Source: Agaricicola taiwanensis (GTDB lineage: Bacteria; Pseudomonadota; Alphaproteobacteria; Rhizobiales; Methylopilaceae). From it: a stretch of 47,748 nucleotides of DNA. This document shows positions 7,889-17,581 of the stretch, piece by piece. The notes beneath the pieces are model-generated. The model searched no databases, was not told where the DNA came from, and saw nothing but the letters and a program-made list of their open reading frames with translations. Location of the stretch: NCBI GenBank assembly GCA_040394255.1, contig JBEBSP010000001.1, forward strand, positions 1-47,748. Direction: 5' to 3'. The position numbers and the translations under genes were made by a program. Each line of letters opens with the position of its first letter. The stretch's first letter is position 1.

Positions 7889-9024
7889 TCCCCTTCCCCG
7901 CAGATTGTCTTCAGCGCGCGCCATTGATCGTTATCGAGAATGGGCCGATTCGCGGCCGGCGCGCCCGCGCTTTCGAGCATGCGGATGCGATCGGGCGTCA
8001 GGGGGTGGCTCGAAAGCAGTTGCAAGGCCGAGGAGCTGTTGCCTTCGTCCTTGGCGATACGCCTGAAAAACGCGGCCAGTCCGCTGGGGTTCGCTCCCGC
8101 GCGTGACATGAGATCGACCGCGAAGGCGTCGGCGCGTGTTTCGGCCTCACGGGAATAGGCGCTTTCGGTCAGCGCCTGCGTGCCCACCACGAGGGCGCCA
8201 CCACCCGTGAAATCGCCAAGAACCATGCCAAACAGAAAGGAGACGCCGGTCGTCTGCAGCACCTTCCGGGTGCCATCGCGCGCGGCGACATGGCCGATCT
8301 CATGGGCCAGCACGCCGGCGACCTCGTCCGGCGTCTCGGCGTCCTCGATCAACCCCAGAAGGATGTAGATATAGCCGCCCGGCGTGGCAAAGGCGTTGGT
8401 GGCGCCGTTGGGCATCACGATGACCTTCAGGCCGACCGGAAGTCCCGCCTCGCGCTCCAGCGTCGCGACCATCTTGTCGAGGGCCGCCTGCCCGTCGCGC
8501 TCGCCGGTGCGTGTGCCGCACCTGTCCCCACGGTCATCCGTCGAGAGATAGTATTTGACCTGGCCATCGAAAGCACGGCCGAGTTGCTCGTCGAACGACC
8601 ATGGCAACAGGGGTGCAAGACGATCGGCGATGGCGGGAATGCCGTAAATGCCGACGAGCACCAGCGATACCGCCGCCGCCGTGAACCATGCCGCAATCTT
8701 CAGGCGGCCACGCCGCTCGATGGCGTCATGCGCCGCAAAGCCGCCCGCCCCCGCAAGCACCGCGGCCCGCAGCGCCGGATCGCGGATTTCCAGCCGTGCC
8801 AATGGCGCCGCTCCGGTACAGGACAGCCTCAGCACGTCATCGCTGCCACCTGCCACGCGCCGCAGCCGGTCCCAGGGCCATTCGGCCAGCGTGTCGCCAT
8901 CCGCAGCGTGGATCAACACCGCCGGGTCCAAGGATAGGCGGACGTCTTTCCGCGCGCTGGTCGCGCCATCATAGTATACGGCGGGGCCTTCCACCGGCTC
9001 AGAAGGCTCCGATATCGAGTGCAT
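7885..9024 (-). CDS. M48 family zinc metallopeptidase
   Basis: NAFATPGG, AHEIGHV (HExxH), YSREAETRAD and LSSHP motifs, one TM. Start is uncertain. Confidence 0.9.
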   Translation of the reverse strand: MHSISEPSEPVEGPAVYYDGATSARKDVRLSLDPAVLIHAADGDTLAEWPWDRLRRVAGGSDDVLRLSCTGAAPLARLEIRDPALRAAVLAGAGGFAAHDAIERRGRLKIAAWFTAAAVSLVLVGIYGIPAIADRLAPLLPWSFDEQLGRAFDGQVKYYLSTDDRGDRCGTRTGERDGQAALDKMVATLEREAGLPVGLKVIVMPNGATNAFATPGGYIYILLGLIEDAETPDEVAGVLAHEIGHVAARDGTRKVLQTTGVSFLFGMVLGDFTGGGALVVGTQALTESAYSREAETRADAFAVDLMSRAGANPSGLAAFFRRIAKDEGNSSSALQLLSSHPLTPDRIRMLESAGAPAANRPILDNDQWRALKTICGEGE

Positions 9025-10297
9025 CGGCCAGACCTTCTCCAATTGCTGAGGACTGTTCGCCGCGCGCCTGAGCCGCGTAGAGGGCGTCAAGGCCGGACAG
9101 ACGGAGCGTTTCCCATTCCAGCTTCCAGAAGCCCCGGACCACCACCAGTTGATAGATCACACCCATGAGGACCATCAGGAGCAGATAGAACACGATGCTG
9201 GCGACTGTTATCACGCCTTCCGACCATACGGCCGGATCGGCGAGTGCGCCGAGCGTTGCCGCGCCACCGCCGGCCAGCGCGTAGATGGCTCCCGCCATGC
9301 CTGCCACAAGGGTCAGCACGATCGACATGGCGATGAATGCGGCGATGTAGGTGAACCAGATCGCATAGACTGAGCGGTTCCGGAGGTCGGAACGCACCGT
9401 CACGCCGCTGAAACGGACGCCGTTGGCCCACCAGCGAAATTCAATGGCACGAAAGAGTGGGGCGAGTACCATGCCCGCGAACAACGCCCATGCGAGGCCG
9501 ATGCCCGGTGCAATCAGGGCCATGAACTGCCCGGCGCCGGCTTCGGATGTCTCGGGATCGTATGCCTCGAGGTCGGCCATCAACGCCACGATATCGGTCG
9601 ATGCGAACAGGAAGACGAGCGTGGCCGCGAAGGGGGCCATCACAACCAGCCAGATCAGGCCGGCCCGCTTGAAGAACGCGCCCCCCGTCCCCACGAAGGA
9701 GGCCCGCGCATCGCCATACCAGGTGTGGCGCATCTTGTAGCGTTCGAGGCTTGCTACCGAAAACGGATAGGCGAGCCCGACCGTCACCAGATTCGCGATG
9801 CTCCACAGGGACGCGCGCAGCGCATAGTTCCATCCAGAGCCCGTCTGATGGAAGCGAAGCCCGCGCCAGATCGTGCGCGTCAGGCGATACCTCCGCCCGC
9901 GGAACAGGGCGTACTGGCCCAGGACGGCGAGAATAACGAAGGCAACGACGCTCAGCGCCGGACCGACCAGACCGGTGGCCAATGCCCCCAGAAAGAGGGC
10001 AACGTTGAGCGGCACGATGATGGCGAGCGCGATCAGGAAACCGACGAAAAGCTCACGGCCCGTGCCGGTGTATTCAAGACCGTCGCCCGCGACCTCGGTG
10101 TTGCCCCAGAGATGGCGGCGGATATCGGTCAGGTACCAGAAGCGGTAAAGCCCCAGCGTGACAAGCTGGAGCAGGGAGCCCTTGACGAGCAGTCCCGCCA
10201 TACGGCCCTTGGTTCCGGTAAAGCGGGGAGCACTTCCCCCGGCAGACGGTAGTTCGGCTGACATCGACGGTGTCGGCGCGTTCATGATTGCCCCCAT
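8999..10297 (-). CDS. YjgN/DUF898 family inner membrane protein
   Basis: LVTLGLYRFW, LEYTGTGRELFVGFL and RTIWRGLRF motifs; multiple TM segments. Confidence 0.88.
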   Translation of the reverse strand: MGAIMNAPTPSMSAELPSAGGSAPRFTGTKGRMAGLLVKGSLLQLVTLGLYRFWYLTDIRRHLWGNTEVAGDGLEYTGTGRELFVGFLIALAIIVPLNVALFLGALATGLVGPALSVVAFVILAVLGQYALFRGRRYRLTRTIWRGLRFHQTGSGWNYALRASLWSIANLVTVGLAYPFSVASLERYKMRHTWYGDARASFVGTGGAFFKRAGLIWLVVMAPFAATLVFLFASTDIVALMADLEAYDPETSEAGAGQFMALIAPGIGLAWALFAGMVLAPLFRAIEFRWWANGVRFSGVTVRSDLRNRSVYAIWFTYIAAFIAMSIVLTLVAGMAGAIYALAGGGAATLGALADPAVWSEGVITVASIVFYLLLMVLMGVIYQLVVVRGFWKLEWETLRLSGLDALYAAQARGEQSSAIGEGLADALDIGAF

Positions 10298-10420
10298 GAT
10301 GGCCTATGGCGATAGGGCAGCTTCTCCGCCATCGCGGGGCGGCGTGCAAGCCGCATGTCATGCAACTTTCACTCCAGTTCGCGTCATCCACAGCATGCGC
10401 CGTCCACGCCTTGCGCGGAA

Positions 10421-10448
10421 CGGGATGCCCCGATGGCGGGGCATCCCG
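10421..10448 (-). terminator. strong hairpin downstream of the L,D-transpeptidase gene
   Basis: Perfect 12-bp stem CGGGATGCCCCG-atgg-CGGGGCATCCCG; the U-tract is weak. Confidence 0.6.
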
Positions 10449-10453
10449 CAGCC

Positions 10454-11035
10454 TTACTTCACGACCACCCGCGTCCCCGCACCGACCCGTCCGTACAGAT
10501 CGATCACGTCATCGTTGATCATGCGGATGCAGCCGGATGACATGGCGTGACCGATGGTGCGCGGCTCGTTGGTGCCATGGATGCGGTACATGCTGTCGCG
10601 CCCGCCCTTGTGCAGGTAGAGAGCGCGCGCGCCGAGCGGATTGTTCGGGCCTCCCGGCATATAGGCCGGCAGGTTGGGCTGGCGCTTGCGCATGGGCGGC
10701 GGCGGGGTCCAGCCCGGCCATTCCGCCTTGCGGCCGATGGTGGCCCGGCCCTTCCAGAGGAATCCCTCGCGCCCGACGCCGACGCCGTAGCGGATCGCCT
10801 TGCCGTTGGCCTGCACGAGATAGAGATAGCGCTGGCCGGTGTCGATCACGATCGTGCCGGCCTTTTCACCGGTCGGGTTGTCGACCACGGCGCGGCGGTA
10901 TTTCGGGTCCACAGCAGCCGCCTGGGAGCCAACCACCGCCGCGATCGGTCGTGGTCCGCCCGCTGTCGTGCAGCCCGCGATCACAAGACCCATGCCCAGC
11001 AGCATGCCAATACGCACACCATTCAACAGATTCAT
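10454..11035 (-). CDS. L,D-transpeptidase (YkuD/ErfK family), lipoprotein
   Basis: NPLGARALYL and YRIHGTNEPRTIGHAMSSGCIRM (catalytic H/C); lipobox-like VIAGC; GGAGG RBS. Confidence 0.93.
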   Translation of the reverse strand: MNLLNGVRIGMLLGMGLVIAGCTTAGGPRPIAAVVGSQAAAVDPKYRRAVVDNPTGEKAGTIVIDTGQRYLYLVQANGKAIRYGVGVGREGFLWKGRATIGRKAEWPGWTPPPPMRKRQPNLPAYMPGGPNNPLGARALYLHKGGRDSMYRIHGTNEPRTIGHAMSSGCIRMINDDVIDLYGRVGAGTRVVVK

Positions 11036-11123
11036 CCCAGCCTCCGCTTTTGGACGCATCCAACTTGCTCTGGCGGCCTTTATAGGTGAGAGACCCTTAA
11101 CGTCCCCATTCCATAGCTGACGG

Positions 11124-12020
11124 ATGATCACACAAAAGTCCGCGCCGCTCATCACGCGCCGCCAACTGCTGACCGCGGGAGCCGCCGGGCTGACGCTCGC
11201 CGGGTCCGGCGGCGCCTATGCCGGCTATATCGAACCTGCCCTGCGGCTGGCCGTGACGGAATACCGCCTGACGCCGCCGATCTGGCATCCCGGCTTTACG
11301 CTCACCATCGCGGTGATCGCCGATGTGCATGCGGGCGGCCCGAACATGAGCCTGTCGCGCATCCATGACATCGTGGACACGACCAACGCCCTGAAGCCCG
11401 ACCTCATCGTCCATCTGGGCGACCATGAGGCGACGCACCGTTTCGTGACCACGCCGGTCGCGCGCACCGACTGGGCGGCGGCCCTCGCCCGTCTCGATGC
11501 TCCGCTCGGGGTCTATTCCGTGCTGGGCAATCACGACTGGTGGTTTCATCCCGAGGAGGTCCGCGCCGCCGTGCGGGCGGCGGGCATCCCGATCCTGGAG
11601 AACGACGCCATCCTGCTGGAGCGCGACGGCCGGAAATTCTGGCTGGCGGGTATCGGCGACCAGATCGCCTTCTACGTTCGCCCGCATGTGTTCCGGGGCG
11701 TCGACGACCTGCCCGGCACCATGGCGAAGATCACCACCGAGGACCCCGTGGTGCTTCTCGTCCACGAGCCGGATATCTTCCCGCAGGTGCCGGCGCGGGT
11801 CAGCGTGACGTTGGCGGGGCACACCCATGGCGGCCAGATCCACATTCCCGGACTGCCCAATCCCTTCATCCCCTCCATGTACGGCGACCGCTACCGCTAC
11901 GGACTGATCGTCGAGGACGGCCGCCACATGATCGTATCCGGCGGGCTCGGCACGTCGAAGATTCCCGTGCGCTTCGGTGTCCCCCCGGAGATCGTGCTCG
12001 TGCGGCTTGGGCAGAGTTGA
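11124..12020 (+). CDS. metallophosphoesterase (YkuE/YaeI-like) with twin-arginine signal
   Basis: TRRQLL Tat motif; DVH, GD, GNHD, HEPD and GHTHGGQ metal motifs. Confidence 0.9.
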   Translation: MITQKSAPLITRRQLLTAGAAGLTLAGSGGAYAGYIEPALRLAVTEYRLTPPIWHPGFTLTIAVIADVHAGGPNMSLSRIHDIVDTTNALKPDLIVHLGDHEATHRFVTTPVARTDWAAALARLDAPLGVYSVLGNHDWWFHPEEVRAAVRAAGIPILENDAILLERDGRKFWLAGIGDQIAFYVRPHVFRGVDDLPGTMAKITTEDPVVLLVHEPDIFPQVPARVSVTLAGHTHGGQIHIPGLPNPFIPSMYGDRYRYGLIVEDGRHMIVSGGLGTSKIPVRFGVPPEIVLVRLGQS

Positions 12021-12102
12021 TGACCGCTCTTGCGACCATCGGCGGTTTGCCCCACTTCCGGGGTTGGTGTAACGCTCTTTGACGTTTGTTGGAGGACCAA
12101 GG

Positions 12103-14025
12103 GTGACAGAGACGTCAAAGACGCCGCTGCTCGACGCCGTGACGCTGCCGGAAGACATGCGCGCCCTGCCCGAAAGCACCCTGAGGCAGCTTGCGGACGA
12201 ATTGCGCGCGGAAACCGTCGATGCCGTCTCCGTCACCGGCGGCCATCTCGGCGCGGGTCTGGGAGTCATCGAACTCACGGTCGCCCTGCACTACATCTTC
12301 GACACGCCGCGCGACCGCCTGATCTGGGACGTGGGCCATCAGGCCTATCCCCACAAGATCCTGACCGGGCGGCGCGACCGCATCCGTACGCTGCGCCAGG
12401 GCGGCGGCCTGTCCGGCTTCACCCGCCGTTCCGAGAGCGACTACGATCCGTTCGGCGCGGCGCATTCCTCCACCTCGATTTCCGCCGGCCTTGGCATGGC
12501 CGTGGCGCGCGACCTGGGCGAGGCGGACAATCACGTGGTCGCCGTGATCGGCGACGGCGCCATGTCGGCGGGCATGGCCTATGAGGCCATGAACAACGCC
12601 GGTGCATTGGGTTCGCGCCTCGTGGTCATCCTCAACGACAACGACATGTCGATCGCGCCGCCGGTCGGGGCCATGTCCGGTTATCTGGCGCGGCTCGTCT
12701 CGGGCCGGACCTATCTGACGCTCCGGGAAATCGGCAAGGGCCTCGTCCGGCGCATGCCGAAGTTCGTCGAACGCGGGGCGCAACGAGCCGAGGAGTTCGC
12801 GCGCGGCCTGGCCATGGGCGGCACGCTGTTCGAGGAACTGGGCTTCTACTATGTGGGGCCGATCGACGGGCACAATCTCGATCATCTTCTGCCGGTGCTG
12901 CGCAACGTGCGCAACGCAGCGGACGGGCCTATCCTCGTTCATGTGGTCACGCAGAAGGGCAAAGGATATGCCCCCGCTGAGGCCTCCGACGACAAGTACC
13001 ACGGCGTCGCCAAGTTCGATGTCGCGACCGGGGCGCAGGCCAAGGCCAAGGCCAATGCGCCGAGCTACACGCGCGTCTTCGCCGACAGCCTGATTCGTGA
13101 AGCCCGCAAGGACGACAAGGTGGTGGCCGTGACAGCCGCCATGCCGTCCGGCACGGGGCTCGATCTGTTCGGCGAGGCGTTCCCCACCCGCACCTTCGAC
13201 GTCGGCATCGCCGAGCAGCATGCCGTCACCTTCGCGGCCGGGCTTGCGACCGAAGGATGGAAGCCGTTCTGCGCGATCTACTCGACCTTCCTGCAGCGCG
13301 CCTACGACCAGGTGGTGCACGACGTCGCCATCCAGAAACTCCCGGTGCGTTTCGCGCTTGACCGGGCCGGGCTCGTCGGGGCCGACGGCGCCACCCACGC
13401 GGGCGTCTATGACCTCGCCTATCTCTGCTGTCTGCCGGACTTCGTCGTGATGGCCGCCGCCGACGAGGCGGAACTGGCCGCCATGGTCGCGACCCAGGTC
13501 GGCATCGACGACCGGCCGTCGGCGGTGCGCTACCCGCGTGGCGAGGGGATTGGCGTCGAGATCGCCGAAGCCCCGCTGCCGCTCGCCATCGGCAAGGGCC
13601 GCGTGGTGCGCGAGGGCACGACCATCGCGCTCTTGTCGCTCGGCACCCGCCTTGCCGACTGCCTGGGCGCGGCCGATGATCTTGCCACGCACGGGTTGTC
13701 GACCACGGTCGCCGACGCCCGTTTCGCCAAACCGCTCGACCGCGACCTGATCCTGCGGCTGGCGCGCGAGCATGACGTGCTGGTGACGGTGGAGGAAGGC
13801 TCGATCGGCGGCTTCGGCGCACATGCCCTGCAACTTCTGGCATCGGAAGGCGCGCTGGACGCAGGCCTCAAGATCCGCACCATGGCCCTGCCCGACCGCT
13901 TCATCGATCACGATGCTCCGGCAAAGCAGTATGCCGAAGCTGGCCTTGACCGCAGCGCCATCGTTGCGACCGTCCTCACGGCATTGGGACGGGATGCCCG
14001 GCCCGCATTGAGCGCCCGCGCCTGA
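12103..14025 (+). CDS. dxs: 1-deoxy-D-xylulose-5-phosphate synthase
   Basis: [39 protein letters not shown]...[12 protein letters not shown] and [13 protein letters not shown] motifs. Confidence 0.98.
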   Translation: MTETSKTPLLDAVTLPEDMRALPESTLRQLADELRAETVDAVSVTGGHLGAGLGVIELTVALHYIFDTPRDRLIWDVGHQAYPHKILTGRRDRIRTLRQGGGLSGFTRRSESDYDPFGAAHSSTSISAGLGMAVARDLGEADNHVVAVIGDGAMSAGMAYEAMNNAGALGSRLVVILNDNDMSIAPPVGAMSGYLARLVSGRTYLTLREIGKGLVRRMPKFVERGAQRAEEFARGLAMGGTLFEELGFYYVGPIDGHNLDHLLPVLRNVRNAADGPILVHVVTQKGKGYAPAEASDDKYHGVAKFDVATGAQAKAKANAPSYTRVFADSLIREARKDDKVVAVTAAMPSGTGLDLFGEAFPTRTFDVGIAEQHAVTFAAGLATEGWKPFCAIYSTFLQRAYDQVVHDVAIQKLPVRFALDRAGLVGADGATHAGVYDLAYLCCLPDFVVMAAADEAELAAMVATQVGIDDRPSAVRYPRGEGIGVEIAEAPLPLAIGKGRVVREGTTIALLSLGTRLADCLGAADDLATHGLSTTVADARFAKPLDRDLILRLAREHDVLVTVEEGSIGGFGAHALQLLASEGALDAGLKIRTMALPDRFIDHDAPAKQYAEAGLDRSAIVATVLTALGRDARPALSARA

Positions 14026-14048
14026 CGGCTGGCCCGGAGGGCCAGCCG
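14026..14048. terminator. hairpin between the convergent dxs and chemoreceptor genes
   Basis: CGGCTGGCCC-gga-GGGCCAGCCG, followed by CTTT. Confidence 0.6.
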
Positions 14049-14058
14049 CTTTCGTTCA

Positions 14059-16011
14059 TCACGCCACCTGCAACTCGCCGAGGAAGCGATCGATGGCGTC
14101 GTTCAGGTCGCGCGTGCGCTCGTTGAGCGCGCGCACCGCGTCGGAGCCCGCCCGTGAGCGCTGTCCGGTTTCCCGGGCAACGCCGTTCAGTGCGGAAATG
14201 GCGCCCGCCACCTCGCTCGCTCCCGTGCTGACGGCATCGGTGTTGCGCGCCACTTCGGACACCGCCGCTTCCTGCTCTTCCATGGCCGCGGCGATCTCGA
14301 TCGACAGGCGTGAGATGTCCACGATGGTCGACACGATCGTGCGGATGTCGCCGACCGCGCCCTGGGAGGCGGTCTGAATGCGCCCGATCTGCTGGGATAT
14401 CTCGTCGGTCGCCTTGGTGGTTTGCGCCGCGAGCGCCTTTACCTCCTGGGCGACGACCGCGAAGCCCCGACCGGCCTCGCCCGCGCGAGCGGCCTCGATG
14501 GTGGCGTTGAGCGCGAGCAGGTTGGTCTGCTCCGCCACATCCGAGATCAGGGCGACGACATCGCCGATCCGGCTGGCCGCTTCCGCCAGCGCATCGACCG
14601 TCTTCTCGGAGTTCTTCGCGCGGTCCTCGGCCGCTTTGGCGATGGTGGCGGCCTCGCCCACGCGCAAGGTCAGACCCTTGACCGAACTGCTCATCTCCTC
14701 GGTCGCCGCAGCGATCGACCGCATGTTCTCCAGGGAGTGATCGGCGGTCTCGGCGGCCTGCTCGGCCGAATTCGCACCATTCGCGGCGATCTCGGCCAGC
14801 CCTCCGACGTTAACCTCCAGCGCGCCGGTCGCCTCGGTCAGTGCGTCGACGGTGCCACGCACCGTCTGTTCGAAGGCCGCCGCGAGTTTCATCATCTCCT
14901 GGCGGTGCCTTTCCTGCCGGTTCGCTTCTTCCGAGGCTTTCGCTTCTTCGAGCACGGCCAGTTCGTTCAGACGATCGCGGAAAACGGCCAGGGCACGCGC
15001 GATGGTGCCGACTTCGTTGCGATCGTTCTGGTGGGGAATTTCACCGTCCCGCTCACCTTGCGACATACGGCTGACGATGTCGGCCATCCCGGTGATCGAC
15101 CCCGTGAGCGCGCGGCCGAGAAGAACGGCGAGGATCAGCGACGCCGCCACGAGAGCGCCGGCAAGCGTCAGGTGGAAGGTCAGGCGGTCGTAAAGCCCGT
15201 CGACGCGTATTTGGAGAAGGCGCTGCAACTGGCCGTTCGAGGCGTGCCAGAGCCGGTCGATGGATGCATAGATCGCCGCGGTTCCCTCGTTGATTATCTC
15301 CTCGGACGGGCCGATCTCCATGACTTTCGGCGCGGAGGTATGATCCAGCAGCTTACGTATGTCCGCCGTGAGTTGATCGCTCGCTACCGACAGGGCCGAC
15401 TTGAGCGACCCGTCAGGATTGCCGCGAAACCCGACCTCAAGGCTGGTGTTCACGGCCTCGGCCAGCGCAAGCGCGGTTCCGTTGGCTGATGCCAGCCTGA
15501 CCTTTGCGCCGAATGAATCGCGGGCGACAAGCAGATGCGCGGCCTCCTCCAGATTGCGCACCGCAAGCAGGAGGTCGGGAAGTCGGCTCGCGACAACATC
15601 CACCATGTAGTAGGAATCAATATTCGGATCGAAAGTCAGGTTCGAATTATCCGAGATCTTGCGGATGAGAGCGCGCCCGAGTTCGTTCGACTTAACGCGT
15701 GATAGCGCCATTGCGGCCTCGGCGAAGGCCGCATTGTCATCCTGGGTGCCGAATTTGCCATCAAGCGCGACGCCCGCATCCTTCAGTCTCGCGATTTCCG
15801 CGGCCGGTGGGTTTATGGAGGGCTGGCTGACACCACTGTGAAAGATATCCCATGTGGACGTCAGATAAACGGCTCCATCAATTTCCTTTGCTGAAAAATC
15901 GATATCGCCGAAGCTTGTCGTTACAAAAAGATATGAGAGCAAGGCTATCGGCAGAATGAATACTGCGCCAATCAGCGCAAGAGCCTGCCATACCCGAAGT
16001 CGCCTCAGCAT
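14059..16011 (-). CDS. methyl-accepting chemotaxis protein (TM-sensor-TM-HAMP-MA)
   Basis: [31 protein letters not shown] signalling hairpin; HAMP ([11 protein letters not shown]). Confidence 0.95.
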   Translation of the reverse strand: MLRRLRVWQALALIGAVFILPIALLSYLFVTTSFGDIDFSAKEIDGAVYLTSTWDIFHSGVSQPSINPPAAEIARLKDAGVALDGKFGTQDDNAAFAEAAMALSRVKSNELGRALIRKISDNSNLTFDPNIDSYYMVDVVASRLPDLLLAVRNLEEAAHLLVARDSFGAKVRLASANGTALALAEAVNTSLEVGFRGNPDGSLKSALSVASDQLTADIRKLLDHTSAPKVMEIGPSEEIINEGTAAIYASIDRLWHASNGQLQRLLQIRVDGLYDRLTFHLTLAGALVAASLILAVLLGRALTGSITGMADIVSRMSQGERDGEIPHQNDRNEVGTIARALAVFRDRLNELAVLEEAKASEEANRQERHRQEMMKLAAAFEQTVRGTVDALTEATGALEVNVGGLAEIAANGANSAEQAAETADHSLENMRSIAAATEEMSSSVKGLTLRVGEAATIAKAAEDRAKNSEKTVDALAEAASRIGDVVALISDVAEQTNLLALNATIEAARAGEAGRGFAVVAQEVKALAAQTTKATDEISQQIGRIQTASQGAVGDIRTIVSTIVDISRLSIEIAAAMEEQEAAVSEVARNTDAVSTGASEVAGAISALNGVARETGQRSRAGSDAVRALNERTRDLNDAIDRFLGELQVA

Positions 16012-16441
16012 AATGATGCCCCCATCATTTGGTGAAAATCCAAGATATTATGAGAAAAACCGATTATCGTTAACATTTTATTCTACAGCCGATGAATTCA
16101 ACCTTTCACCGTTTAGAATTTCCTAATGACGCCACTCAATCTCCAAGAATCACATTAATAAATGGATTATGGCAATATACGATACATCAACAGAATCAAT
16201 ATTTCACGCATTTGTTAATAATTATAATCCCCATTACTCATCTTTATTTAATATTCTACTTGAGAAGTATAAAGGAAAATTGACTCATAATTGCATACTT
16301 ATCATTTATATAAAATTGTATTTTTATTTTATCCGCCCAATATATAAGTTAACTATATTTATTCATGGAAAATACGACATCAAGTATAAATTCCGTAAAG
16401 AAATTCAGTTGAATGACAGGGCATACCCAGCGGAGAAAACC
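16012..16441. promoter_or_regulatory. very AT-rich divergent intergenic region
   Basis: Hand count for 16201-16380: 41 G+C in 180 nt (about 23%), far below the flanking genes. Confidence 0.7.
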
Positions 16442-17476
16442 ATGCCCTGCCTGCCGTTCCTCATCCACATTCTTCACCGTCTGAACACTGATAGCAGAGG
16501 CTCGATCGCGGTGATTTTCGGTCTTGCGATCATTCCCGTCCTGGCGGCGGCGGGATTGGCGCTCGACTATGTGAGGGTGGTTAATGCCCGCGATGCCTTG
16601 CAGTATAAAGCAGACTCCGCAGCGCTCAGCGTCGTCGCGAGCGACGGTAAAATGACGGCCAGCGACGGTGTTGCCTTCACGCTCGACCAGATGCCCCCGC
16701 CGGCCAACGGCCTGACGCATGTTTCCGTTTCAGGAAAATGGCTTACCGCGACGGATTATGAAGTCATCGCATCCGGCGCGGTCAAAACCTCCATACTCGC
16801 TATCCTGCCCATGGTCGGTGAAGAGATCGGGTTCTCGATCCGGACGGTCGCCCGGCTTGCGAAGACGGCGGCGGTGTACAAGAACCCGCAAACCGCGACG
16901 CTCGATCCGGAAGCCGGAGACTACAACCGCATCTATGTCTACTGCTTCGACGCGATCAACAGTTCGTCACCCTCCAAGGGGCGGTCGCAAATGACCGCGA
17001 TCGCCGACAATGGCGGCACGACCTATGACTTCAAGATGCCTGCCTGCAAACCGGGCGAGGAACTCAGCTACATGCTCCACAACGTGACCGACGCCCGCAC
17101 GAAGCCGGCCCAGTGGGACGGCCCGGCCAAGCTGAACACCTATTATACCGATACGCGGATCATCGAGGGAACCGAGCACTATGACCTGGACGGATGGAAC
17201 ATCCTCGAAACCGTCCTGTGCCCGAGTCTTGCCAAATGCAAACCCACCAACCAGGGTGGCGTGATCCCCTATGGCAAGAACCGCACTCCGCAACGTGCGA
17301 CCGAGGCGTGCGAGCCGGGCAAGTTCATGTATTTCGGCTGGGAAGACCGCCCGCCGCCGAAGCCGAACGGTGAAGCCCGGGGCGCTTCGGATCGCGACTA
17401 TGACGACATCAGGGTCATCATCGAATGTCCCGTCATTCTTGAAAACGCCAAGAAGACGGTTCTGTTGGTCCGATAG
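16442..17476 (+). CDS. TadG/TadE-like Tad pilus pseudopilin or adhesin with Cys-containing C-terminal domain
   Basis: RG|SIAVIFGLAIIPVLAAAGLALDY...LQYKADSAAL Tad N-terminus. C-terminal FGWEDRP...SDRDYDDIRV resembles DUF4114-type motifs. Confidence 0.8.
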   Translation: MPCLPFLIHILHRLNTDSRGSIAVIFGLAIIPVLAAAGLALDYVRVVNARDALQYKADSAALSVVASDGKMTASDGVAFTLDQMPPPANGLTHVSVSGKWLTATDYEVIASGAVKTSILAILPMVGEEIGFSIRTVARLAKTAAVYKNPQTATLDPEAGDYNRIYVYCFDAINSSSPSKGRSQMTAIADNGGTTYDFKMPACKPGEELSYMLHNVTDARTKPAQWDGPAKLNTYYTDTRIIEGTEHYDLDGWNILETVLCPSLAKCKPTNQGGVIPYGKNRTPQRATEACEPGKFMYFGWEDRPPPKPNGEARGASDRDYDDIRVIIECPVILENAKKTVLLVR

Positions 17477-17581
17477 AACTTCCTCCTTCGCGGTTTCCGC
17501 AAACAGGTCTATCCCTCTGTCCGGCAACCTGTTTACCGGCACGTCCCCCGCGAGATGTCCGGGCGCATACGGATATGACGC

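Noticed and set aside
12115-13911. Long antisense or alternative-frame ORFs (also 19895-21685, 23416-24960, 28847-30346, 42744-44876, 45857-47731)
   Set aside because: They overlap clearly identified genes, contain no motifs, and are typical shadows of high-GC codon usage.
16092-16283. 63-aa ORF in the AT-rich spacer
   Set aside because: No RBS, and the composition is typical of translated non-coding AT-rich DNA.
17501-17534. Inverted repeat AAACAGGT/ACCTGTTT at the islet's right edge, as a possible att site or IS end
   Set aside because: Only 8 bp, with no matching copy at the left edge and no recombinase nearby.
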